Assembly: GCF_036321535.1 (NCBI RefSeq)
Contig: NC_087437.1
Span: 9,798,001 to 9,862,000, forward strand
Reading direction: 5' to 3'
From: Camelus dromedarius
Lineage: Eukaryota
DNA length: 64,000 nt
Shown here: positions 53,627 to 64,000 of the stretch, piece after piece
How positions within the stretch are numbered: position 1 is the stretch's first letter
Layout: each line of letters begins with the position of its first letter
The notes under the pieces: generated by a model
What the model was told of the DNA's origin: nothing
The model's database searches: none
The model's input: only the letters and a program-made list of their open reading frames with translations
Position numbers and translations under genes: made by a program

Positions 53627-53810
53627 CCACGGGTCTCAAAGTGTGGTCCCAGACCTCTAGAATCAACTGCATCATCATTGTCACCTGGGATCTTTCTACA
53701 CTTGAAAATGTGTACTACTCCAGAACTACTAAATCAGAAACCTTGGGGGTGGGGCTCAGCCTTCTGTTCCAGATCGTTCCAGTGCATGCTCAGGTTACCA
53801 AACACTGGCC
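53627..53810. mobile_element. MER5A-like hAT MITE
   Basis: 'tctcaaagtgtggtcccagacc...cacctggga...tactaaatcagaaaccttgggggtggggctcagc'. Confidence 0.7.
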
Positions 53811-54409
53811 TGAGGGTTCAGCTGTGTTCCTTACATATTTGTTCATTTCACCTATTTTAAATGTGGAGTCAGTAATTGTTTTTTCTTTTTTTTTTTCAGA
53901 CCTTCCCTGGACTATGGTACTTACTGATACTTTTTTTCCCCATAATGTATTACACTCTCTTGGGTATTTAGAGGAAGAGTGTTGGATACATATGTTCAAG
54001 ATACCTTGACATCACCATCAATATAAGGCTGATGCGACATCATCTCATTAATGTACTTCTACTGTGTAGTGTAAGAATACAGTCATGGCAGGAAAGCCTG
54101 GAGAAATGGCTCTGATAGGAGGTGGATGCAGCTTTAGCTTCCCCACAAATAACACTGCTCTTAGTGCCTCTTTGTACAGTTTCTCTCCTTGATCAGCCTC
54201 CAGTATAGAGTGACATTTTTATCCTATTTGCCACCAGGATCTCTCTTGGTAGGAAAATTTGCCTGAGGATCTATCCTTATTCTATTACTAGGGGATATAT
54301 TTCCATTCCTTCATGAGCCTAACTGGCTAGCTAAATGGATGCATTGATTTAATTGAATATTTCAAGGCTAAAATATATCAAATCAAAGAAAATACGAAAT
54401 TCAGGGTCA

Positions 54410-54650
54410 GAGGGAGCAGGATTTGAATACGAGTGCTGGTTATTACCAGCTGTGTGTTGGTGGGTGAGCTACACAACATCTCTAAGCTGCTAGTTTCTCA
54501 ACTGCAAAAAAAAAAAAAAAAAAAAAAAACAGAAAGAAAGAAAGAAAAGGTAAAGGGTGAAGCAAATTCTAGATTGTTGCAAGAATTCAACAATGTACCA
54601 AGACTTAGTAAGAATTGGATGCATTCTGGCTTTTATTACAGAGTTACTAA
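54410..54650 (+). mobile_element. MIR fragment with an expanded A-tract
   Basis: 'taccagctgtgtg...gggtgagctacacaacatctctaagctgctagtttctcaactgcaaaa'. Confidence 0.5.
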
Positions 54651-55974
54651 ATAGTAAATCTTTACTCTATTACCACTACTAGATATCCTTTGTGTTTAAA
54701 AGGAGCATTCAACATATTAACCCAAAGGAGTGGGAAAATTAGATACCTGGTTTCAATTATAGGACCAAAGGAATAACTATCCATCTCTGTCTATCTATTT
54801 ATACACACACTCACACACATCTTCACCCTAGGATGATAATTGGTTTCAAAATGTTTGCTTATGGACCATTAATTTCTATTATTATTAGTGGGAAAACTCC
54901 AGTGTTCCTATTAATGGAAAAGTCATCATGCTGGTAATAACAACAACATGTGTTTGCAGTTACATACCACAGATAACCATAAATTCTTTCTTTACACTTG
55001 AATAATAAACTGTAAAAATTCCTAAACTAAAACCGGCAGTCTTTCAGAGGCTGGATAAATTATAGTAATATCATACTTAGAAAATCCCCAATATGTTTGG
55101 TTGTAATTTTTGCACAAAATAAATGTGATATTCTGGGGAAAGCTTGAATTTTGATGTAAATGCATGGGACATAGAGTGGAAAAACCAGTCACACAGAGGA
55201 GAGAAACCAATGACAGAGCCTACTTTCCATGCGCCGAAAGGCTGTGATTCAGCTCCAGGCTGCATAGGAGAAATGCACAGAATACAATAAAGTAAAATAA
55301 AATAAAGTAAAATAAATTTTTGCAAAGTAAACTGGACATATATTTACGTGTATGGCTTGGATCGCCGAAAAGTCACAATAAGAACTCAGAAAAGAGTGCT
55401 GTACCTTAAAAAAAAGAAGTTTTTATCGTCAGTGGGAGGATCCCAGGGCTGAACCCAGTGAAGAGGGTGGATCTGAACCTTTGGCTGACAGAAAACCATG
55501 AATATAAAAGAAAACGCACCACCTTTTTCGGTTACTTTGCACATCCCACAGCTGGCCTCTGATGTTCCGGGCTCATATTTAACCGTTTTTCACTTCACAA
55601 TTTCCATCGCCCTCTTGGCAACCGCTGAAAGCCATAAGCTTTGGAAGATGTGATCAGAGGAAGCTCCCCCCACCAACCCCACCCCATGGTCTCTCCCAAA
55701 GGAGATTCTGATCAAGGGGTAATCTTTGAAGGAGACTGACATTAGAAGGTGGGAAAAGAAATAGGAGAAAGTACATAAAAATATTCCAGGCAAAAGGGAA
55801 CAGAAGAGATAGCAAAGTTTCACAGGAACCAACGTCAGACTCAGTTATAACATTTGCAAGCACAAGCGGAGGTCCACAGACCAGATACCTAAATACTTAA
55901 ACATTTAAAGGTTACAGTCAAGCCAGTGCCATATGTTTTAGGCTTCTTGTTATGATGTCCCCCGTTCAGGGTAA

Positions 55975-56700
55975 CAATTTTCTGTTTCCATTATCTGCTG
56001 CGACAGACCACCCCTAAAATGGATGGGCCTGAAACCACTGCGCGAACATTTGCTCGTCCTCGCGCCGTGTGGCCTCGGCTCGGGCGGTCTGGATGGCTGG
56101 GGGAGGGGCGGAATGACTCCGCGTGTGTCACCTACTTGAGTCCTAGGGTCTTGCTGCTGGCTGATGCCTGGGCTTCTGTGCCCACTGAGTCCTCCAGGAG
56201 GAAGAGAGTGAGATGCAGTTAGGGCGAAGAGCAGAGTAATGCCCATGAAAGTTAAAAGGGGAGGAAGCCGAATTGAGAAGGGAATGCCTTCTGACCATGA
56301 TGCAGGTTTGGTGCCTACAGAAGGGGAGGCGGTAGGAAACGGAATGGGGCAGGAAGAGCTCTTGATTTTATTGCAGGTCTGACATCAAAGCATCATGGGA
56401 CTGCACAGCAAAGACTGTCATGGTGGGCCAGAGCCCAGCCTCCCCAGTCTGCTCAGCCGTTGGCTGGGGGCCGACTGAGAAAAACACGGCTCCATCCTGA
56501 ACCCTGAGGTGGAGCCTGAAGAAGCTTCAGCCATGACTTTCAGCTAACCGCACTCCTTACTGATGGAAGGTTCCCTCTCAAAGGGGGTGCACCTCTGTGG
56601 CTGCCACAGGAGCCCCTGTGTGGCCTCCCCATATGGTTACCTTGAACTTCCCCCCAGCACGGTGGCCTCAGGCATGGTGGTCCACTTATCCTGGGTGCCA
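55975..56700 (-). mobile_element. Old MaLR (MLT1-type) LTR with a nested ERVL LTR (LTR40/LTR33-like, about 56177-56608)
   Basis: Host motifs 'gctgcgacagaccacccctaaaat' and 'gtggcctcccca...ttgaacttcccccagcacggtggcctcagg'. The insert has 'gccttctgaccatgatgcagg...gcaggtctgaca' and ends 'gctgccaca'. Confidence 0.5.
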
Positions 56701-59249
56701 CCTCTGCCGTGGCCTATCAGCAAAAGCACATCAAAGGGTTTAAGGGGAAGAGGACATACAGGGATGAAAACACCAGGAGGCATAGCTCACTGAGGGTCTC
56801 CAGCTACATGGAAGCATTCACGTGGGCAGAGCCTGATGTACAAGTAGTAACTGGGGTGCTCCGAACCTCTCCCAATTATTTATGTTGCAAACTGTACTTC
56901 TGTATATAGTGAATTTGTAAATTATTAAAATAGTTGTATTCTCCTATCTATCTTGACAAATAAAATCTCCTAAGGACCTGAAAGGCCAGATTCAAATTTA
57001 GAATTCTTGAATTTCTCAGGTTTTCACGCTAGAATATGGTGGTAGAGGGGGACTAACTGGTTTCTGATTCCGGCTCCCAGACGGGGCCCATCCACCTTTG
57101 TTCCCAGCCTGAGCTCCTTCCAGTAGGACCTATAACACACCTGTCCAGACACCCCGGATAACACATGCCAAGTCCATTCACCTCCTCCACCCTCCCCTGC
57201 TGAAAAACGCTGTCATTTGGCCGATCCCTGGCACAGCCACCTTTGGGAGGATGGCCCGGGGAAGAGGCACCCACAGACCTGGGAGAGATTCCAAGATCCT
57301 GTGTACCCAAGGCAGAGTCTAAAGTGACAGATGTGGGCTCTAAATGGGCAGGTTCCTTAATGCACAAACTTCTTACCTCCCAGAGTTGGGCTTGGCAGAG
57401 GACAAAGCCCACAGCACAAATCCCCCATGTCTGGGCACTACTGGCCAATGAATGAGAGGAAGGAGGCACTGGGTGACCCAATGTCCCCTCCCTTTCTCAT
57501 ATCCTTCTTTGAAACAGTAAACACACCTAGGAAGATATGAAAGTGGACATTTTCTCATATAGTATTTAAAAGTATGTATAGGTATGTATCTCTTATTGAT
57601 CTAGAAGCACATGATAAACGATTGCATTTCAAAAGCATGTCTAAATGTGCAATGTATATTTTTGACCAATACCTACAGACAGTAAAACCAATCCAAAAAA
57701 TAATCTGTGCATCTGTACCTGTGTTTTGACAGCCTTGAGCACAGAGAATATTAAGCAGCGAGAGTTACCAGCCTATTAACACTGATCACTTTGTGGGGTG
57801 GATTGGCGGGGGTGCAGGATTAGGGAGAGGGAATGTCTGAGCTTCTTCAAAAACAGGCATCCACACTTTCAAAACATTAAGTCAAATAATGTAAGGTTAA
57901 GGAAGACGGAAGCTATGAAAGAGAGCACTTTTTAAAAGGTTGTGAAGAATTTCAGACACAGACAGTAGTCAAAGAGAATAAAGACTCAGGAAAGGTCATC
58001 CGATGTGGTGACTTAAAGGTCACTGTACAACGTGCCATTTAAGCAGAGAAGGGGAGAGTGAGGCGTGAGAGGTGACCACCACAGCCCTCTCTTGTGAGCT
58101 ACATCAGTGCCTCTCCACCTGCATTCTGGGACTAACACCAAGGGGCGTGTCCCCAAAAAACATAGATACAAAACAAAATGAAAAATTATAAAAGCTCAAA
58201 TTTCGATATGGGGGATTCAAATTTTCAGAGCATCAAAACAATATAAGGCTCTGAGAAACAGTACATCGTTTGAGGGGGGGGTTAGGAAAAAAATTGTTTT
58301 TGTTGGAACGCATCTGAACATCAGCTATACCTAGTGTCAGTTAACAAGAAGCTTTTGTACATTTGATATTGATGATGTCAAAACCAAAACACGAACTGAA
58401 CATGATGGGCAGAGATGTTGAGAAACCAAGCTTAAAGTTTCCTGAAAGTATTCGGGCATGGACTTAACGATCTTTCATTTTATTTTTCTACCAAACCCAT
58501 GCAGTTACAACTGGATTATGTCAGACTGTTCTCAAAAAAAGATTTGGCTCCACTTAATTCCAGGAAAACATGATTTGGCAGAGGAGACGTGGGCAGAGTC
58601 AAGACTCTTTTATGATTAAAACATATTGTAGAGTAGTTTCCACCATCATTCAAATTTTGTGAGCTTGTGTCAGGAAGAGAACACACTTCTATCAATAATG
58701 AACTGGCATCTCCTTCTCAAATTGCTTTCAGGGTTCACTGCGCCTGTGGAAATTAAAGAGGCTGATGGTGACTTTAATAACCAATAAAATGACTAACACC
58801 TACACAAGTCTGCTGTGGAAATGACTATGTGCTCTTTTCAGATTGTAATTTATATGATGATTATAATTTAGAACAGTTCGACAAGAACTGAACAGAAAAA
58901 AAAAAAAGGCAAATTAAAGAAGTCCACTCTCAAAATAACATTGGAGGTCACTACTTTCTTTACTAGGAGCTGAGGGACTCAAATGCTGGGAATATTTCCA
59001 ACCCAAACGAGGCTAATGCTTGAGACGGAGAAGAGAGGAATCAGGGAGGAACGCTGAGCAAACTATACTCAGAAAGACAGCAAAACTGCAACATTCTATA
59101 AGAATACTAATGAAAATAAATTATTTTTTTGGTGTAAAAAGGTTTAAACATACAAAAAATTAAAGGGAAAAAGCCCTATTTTTTTTTTACCAATTAGCTT
59201 AATAAATGAAAAATAGAAAATAGAGTTGAATCTTCTGCCCTAACACACT

Positions 59250-59865
59250 CCTTGCATAAAGAAGACACCATTATCATGCATTTAGGGTTTATCGTTTCAA
59301 GCTACTGGACACGAACTTGGCATTTTATAGAAATATATATTATTGAGCAGTAGATATTATGCTCTTATACACTTTAAAACCTATATAAAGTGTATCGCGC
59401 TGCAAATATTCTCTGTAATTTGCTTTTCTTTGCTCTGCACTGTGCTTTTGAGATTCTTTCCTGTGCCAATGCATGTGGATTCTTCATTTTGTTTCACTAA
59501 TGTATGTATCATTGTTTATCTGGGGTACACATTTTATGATACACCCATTCTCCTATCTATGAAGCTTTATGTTGTTTCCATGTTTACACTTCACAAACAA
59601 CACTGATATAAACCTTCTTAAGGTAGCAGGACAGTTTTTCTAAACTGTACTATTGATTCACAATCTTAGAACATAGGCATGGAGATTTTCAATTTTACTG
59701 TCTCTTGACAAATCCATCCCCAAAAACCACGACACCAATTTCCCCATGACCACCACTTGTCTGGGAAAGGTCTTAACAGCTGCGCAACCTCACCCACACT
59801 TAACATGGCCACGGTTTTAACATTTCTGATTCCAATTTCTGTGTGTGAGTCAGTTTCTCATTGTG
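59250..59865 (-). mobile_element. Old L1M fragment (host of the next L1; further pieces at about 60500-60750 and 62560-62900)
   Basis: 'cttttgagattcttt', 'gttgtttccatgttt...acaaacaacactgatataaac' and 'tctcattgtgattt'. Also 'ttttgattggattacattgaagg...attaatttggagaga'. Confidence 0.5.
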
Positions 59866-60250
59866 ATTTTTTTTGTATATATCTTTTTATTGAAGTATAT
59901 AGTCAGTTTACAACATTGCATCAATTTCTCGTGTACAGAACAATGCTTCAGTCATACATGAACATACATATATTCGTTTTCATATTCTTTTTCACCATAA
60001 ATTACTACAAGATACTGAATATAGTTCCCTGCACTACGCAGTATGAACTTGCTGTTTACCTATTTTATGTATAGTGGTTAGCATCTGCAAATCTCAAACT
60101 CCCAATTTATCCGTTCCCATCCCCTTTTTCCCCAGTAACTATGAGTTTGTTTTCTATGTCTGTGAGTCTGTTTCTGTTTTGTAAGAAAGTTCACTTGTCT
60201 TTTTTTTTTTTTTTTTTTTTTTTTTTAGATTTCACATATAAATGATATCG
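59866..60250 (-). mobile_element. Young L1 3' UTR fragment
   Basis: 'ttttattgaagtatatagtcagtttacaacattgcatcaatttc...tatgtctgtgagtctgtttctgttttgtaa...ttagatttcacatataaatgatatc'. Confidence 0.88.
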
Positions 60251-60448
60251 GCAGTGATTGTAATTGCAGCAGTGAAATTCTGTAAGGCACCATTCTTTCC
60301 CATCCTGTGTGACTGTCCTGCGCATATTCACTGCCCTAGACCAGCTCCCTCACGATCCATAGCATTTACACGTATGCTCAGATCTGTCCTTTAAGGAAAT
60401 ACTAGTCTTATGATAACACCCCGTCTATATTTCCAAATTGTTCTGGCT

Positions 60449-60480
<32 letters not shown>

Positions 60481-60839
60481 GTCCTTTCTCTTCCACTGAC
60501 ATTCAGAATAAAATTTTCAGTTCAGACAGCACATCTCTGTTGGGGTTTTGATTGGATTACATTGAAGGTGGAGATTAATTTGGAGAGATTTAAGGTCCTT
60601 ACCATTTTATCCTTGCACATGGATTTATCCCCGCTGGCTTACATATTAGCAACATCTTTCCAAATTTAGTTCAAATATTTTGTTATAAAGTGTCACATGA
60701 CTTTCAGCAAATTTATTCTCAGATCCTTAATACTTCTGTTTTTATTTTATTTTGGTTTCGTTTTTTATTTTATTGCATTACCTTTTTATTGCAAATTTTT
60801 ATGCTTTGCCTAACTTGAGGATGAGTAAACAATTATTTA

Positions 60840-60952
60840 TTATTTATATATTTTCAAATTTCAAGAGAAATACACATAACAAAATTTAGCATCATAACCA
60901 TTTTAGGTGGATAGTTCAGTAGTAATATGGACATTGACATTGTTGTGCAATC
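60840..60952 (-). mobile_element. L1MB-type 3' tip
   Basis: 'aaatacacataacaaaatttagcatcataaccattttaggtggatagttcagtag...acattgttgtgcaa'. Confidence 0.7.
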
Positions 60953-61808
60953 TTACTTTTATTTTAAATGTAATATTTACACTTTTGTCTTATTTCTCCA
61001 GCTAAGGGAAGTAGTTAAATGTCTCATAGCAGCTATAACCACAAGTTTTATTCTATTCTTAGTTTCCTAAGGGTTTTCATGAAAATTTGAATTAAATTTT
61101 TAATTAATTCTCTAATTTCCAAATTTGAAAGGCAACAGCCAATCTTTTTTGTTAATATTGCCAATTTCACTGTATTCTAACAGAATGTGATTAATACACA
61201 TGAATAGTTCTTTGACAGTTGTCAGGATTTATTCCACACACCAGAAACTGCCATGTGTCCCCCCAGAGCCATTCCCTTTTTCAGGGGTAATAAGATCTTT
61301 GGCCATACTTGCTGCTGAAAGTGACAACCACTTCCCCAGGCTTCCCTGCAACTGGCTACAGGTACTGCCTGCAGTAGACCGTGTCTGTTCACAGACTATC
61401 AGTGGGATCTCCTATGTTGCACACGATCGGGTCTTGTCCCTGCCTCAACTCCCTTCCTACACATATGACTTACTAAAAGCAAACTTTCTAGCCACCGCGG
61501 GTCTGCTTGTGGCCAGGACAGCTGTTAACTCTTTCAATTATCTTGATATCCCTTTTGAGCTTAAGAAGATTTTCTTTGACTTTTATCAGTTAGTCTATGT
61601 ATTTAAAGTGATTTTTAAAGCATAGTCTTTATGGTATTTCTAACTTTTCTGTCCCAGGACAGTTTACAATTTATCTACTAAACCATAGGGCTATATATAG
61701 TTAAAGTCAAACCACTGATTTTATCTTTTTATGTTGTATATAAGTTAATGGTAAGTGAATGGTAGAAAATTTTTAATTTTAATTCAAAATTAAAAATCAG
61801 TTTGTTTC

Positions 61809-62542
61809 TGAAGTCTGGGAGAGTTATTCCTCTAGCCTCTTTCTTTCTCATCAGTAATGCTTTGGCAATTCTAGGTCTTTGATGGTTCCATATAAATTTT
61901 ATTATGATTTGTTTTAGTTCTGTGAAATATGTCCTGGGTAATTTGATAGGGATTGCATTAAATCTGTAGATTGCCTTGGACAGTGTGACCATTTTAACAA
62001 TATTGATTCTTCCAATCCAAGAGCATGGGATGTCTTTCCATTTTTTAAAGTCTTCTTTAATTTCCTTCATCAATGGTTTATAGTTTTCTGTGTATAATTC
62101 TTTCACCTCCTTGGTTAGATTTATTCCCACATATTTTATTAATTTGGGTGCTATTTTAAAGGGGATTGTTTCTTTACTTTCCTTTTCTGTTGATTCATCA
62201 TTAGTGTAAAGAAATGCAACTGATTTTTGAACGTTAATTTTGTAACCTGCTACCTTGCTGAATTCTTCAATCAGCTCTAGTAGTTTTTGTGTGGACCTTT
62301 TGTGGTTGCCAGTGGGGCGGAGGGTGGGAAGGGATAGACTGGGATGTCAAAAGTGTAGAATAGATAGACGAGATTATACTGTATAGCATAGGGAAGTATA
62401 CACAAAATCTTATGGTAGCTCACAAAGAAAAAAATGCGACAATGAGCGTGGATATGTCCACTTATGACTGAAAAATTGTGCTGAACACTGGAATTTGACA
62501 CAACATTGTAAAATGATTATAAATCAATAAAAAATGTTATTA
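61809..62542 (+). mobile_element. Young 5'-inverted L1: antisense ORF2 segment 61809-62300 joined to sense 3' UTR 62301-62542
   Basis: 17-bp TSD aaaaatcagtttgtttc (61792-61808, 62543-62559). The minus strand reads open from [27 protein letters not shown] through [18 protein letters not shown] to GITLPDFR. Confidence 0.92.
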
Positions 62543-62999
62543 AAAAATCAGTTTGTTTCCTCTTCTTGTGATTTCTTTTTGGCCACTTATTTCTATTTCT
62601 TTTTTGTTGCATGGATCTTCCAGTATAATTTTCAATAAAAATGCTGAGAGCAGTGTTTTCTTATCTTCTCAAATGAATGTCCCTATCACGCATTTTCCTA
62701 CTATGGATGACTTTTTTTATCAGAAATGCATTTTGAATGTAACAAACAACATTATACTTTGTGATTTAATAGCTATAATATTTTAAAAGTCAAATTTTTT
62801 TTAGTTGTGATTTATATCTTGTCCAATTCAAATTATCTACCTTTTATTTAAGGTTCCAGGATACATTTATTTTAGCTGACATTGACGTGCAATGTTCTTT
62901 TTTTGTTAGTTTTCTGCTTTTAATTTCAATGCTGTGTGAACACTGCAAAGTGTGCAGAAGACTTTCTACTTTATGTGCCAAAAAATTTGAAACAACCTT

Positions 63000-63306
63000 T
63001 AAATCCATCACCAAATAGAAGAAATTAACTACTTGGTGATCATGAGCCCCTAGACATTCTGGTGCCTAAGGGCTAATCACCATCAACCAACCAGATAACT
63101 GTGCACAGCTGATCACACACCCTGGGATGCACCCCCACCCCTCAGCTGGCCTTTAAAAATGCTCAGCTGAAAACTTTCGAAAAGACTGGGGAGTGGGGGT
63201 AGTAGAGAGGGGAGAAGGGGAGGTTGAGCATGAGCCACCCATTCTCCTGGCTCTACCCTGCAGTAAATCTTTCTCTGCTCCATCCCACCTCAAAAAAAAA
63301 AAAAAA
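63000..63306 (+). mobile_element. ERV1 LTR U3-R fragment ending in poly(A), related to the LTR at 2126-2764
   Basis: Shares 'gaagaa(g/a)ttaact', 'tgcac..gctgatca' and 'cccattctcct' with the 2.1 kb LTR. AGTAAA at 63262-63267, then A15 at 63292-63306. U5 is absent. Confidence 0.65.
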
Positions 63307-63848
63307 GGCCAGAGCCATGATATCATGGAGATAATTCTTTGATACATTTCTAATATCTTTCAAGTTTAGTAATGAAGTCACTCTTACCATTGCTTCAAGC
63401 ACCAATCTTGACAATATATCTTTTCTTGAACAAGAATTACCATGAGATTTTCAACCATATTTAAGATTCTCTTTTCAAAAATTTTTCATATTTATGCCTA
63501 AAATATTCTACTTATTGTTATTTTGAATGTTTCTTAGTCTCTCTGTTTACATAATTAGGCTTGTAAGAGCTACTTTTGATTTTTATTAGCCAGATGTTTT
63601 ATTTGTCATTGTTACTCTGTTTCCCTGTATTTCAACTAAAATGTGCTTCAAAAGTCATCAAATTTATGTCTTCTTGTTGTAGTAAAATCATTGGTTTATT
63701 TATTTTACTAATTTGTTTTTATGATGAAATCATTGAGTCCTCAGTACAGTATTTTTTCTCTTTTTCTATATTGTCAGTTTTGCTCATTATTATACCCAAT
63801 AAGGCTTTCCATTTTACTTTTGCATTTTTATTCCACAAATATTTTTTC

Positions 63849-64000
63849 CTTTGATGGTTCCATATAAATTTTATTATGGTTTGTTCTAGTTCTGTGAAAA
63901 ATGGTATATTTATACAATGGAATACTACTCAGCCATAAAAACTGACAACATAACGCCATTTGCAGCAACATGGATGCTCCTGGAGAATGTCATTCTAAGC
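63849..64000 (+). mobile_element. Second young 5'-inverted L1, running off the window end
   Basis: 55-bp antisense ORF2 piece (63849-63903) fused to the sense ORF2 C-terminus ([33 protein letters not shown]). Confidence 0.8.

Noticed and set aside
55605..55625. CTCF-like cgccctcttggc
   Set aside because: Only half of the core matches.
56776..56800. tRNA-SINE-like start ggaggcatagctca
   Set aside because: No B box, body or tail follows.
61729..62130. 133-aa ORF as an independent or domesticated gene
   Set aside because: It is the inverted ORF2 segment of a truncated L1 with a GTG start, and it runs out through the TSD.
1..64000. Short ORFs in the supplied track as host protein-coding genes
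   Set aside because: They are 60-142 aa, often low-complexity or inside repeats, with no recognisable domain or consistent exon structure. Only L1 ORF2 remnants are recognisable.

Overview
This is AT-rich, CpG-depleted mammalian non-coding DNA (intergenic or a large intron). I recognise no host exon, RNA gene or CRISPR array. The only ORF-track hits that resemble real proteins are LINE-1 ORF2 remnants. The young L1 3' UTRs resemble camelid (Camelus/Vicugna) L1s, and I saw no Alu, B1/B2, Bov-A/tA, PRE-1 or Can-SINE; this assignment comes from memory of the sequences, not from a search. The window is a mosaic of young and old L1 pieces, ERV1/ERVL/MaLR LTRs, MIR/L2 relics and hAT MITEs, separated by TE-poor blocks that contain transcription-factor motif clusters. 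Four observations stand out. (1) Two LTR fragments stop at their poly(A) site and carry A-tails, one with an L1-type TSD; they look like ERV transcripts retrotransposed in trans by L1. (2) Two young 5'-inverted L1s lie about 1.3 kb apart; both invert the same ORF2 window and lack a similar large internal block. (3) A candidate enhancer near 24.2-25.4 kb has tandem ARE, STAT, AP-1, ETS and RUNX motifs. (4) An ancient LTR holds a CpG micro-island. Family names and the boundaries of old repeats are by eye and approximate. I found nothing that demonstrates a new gene system.
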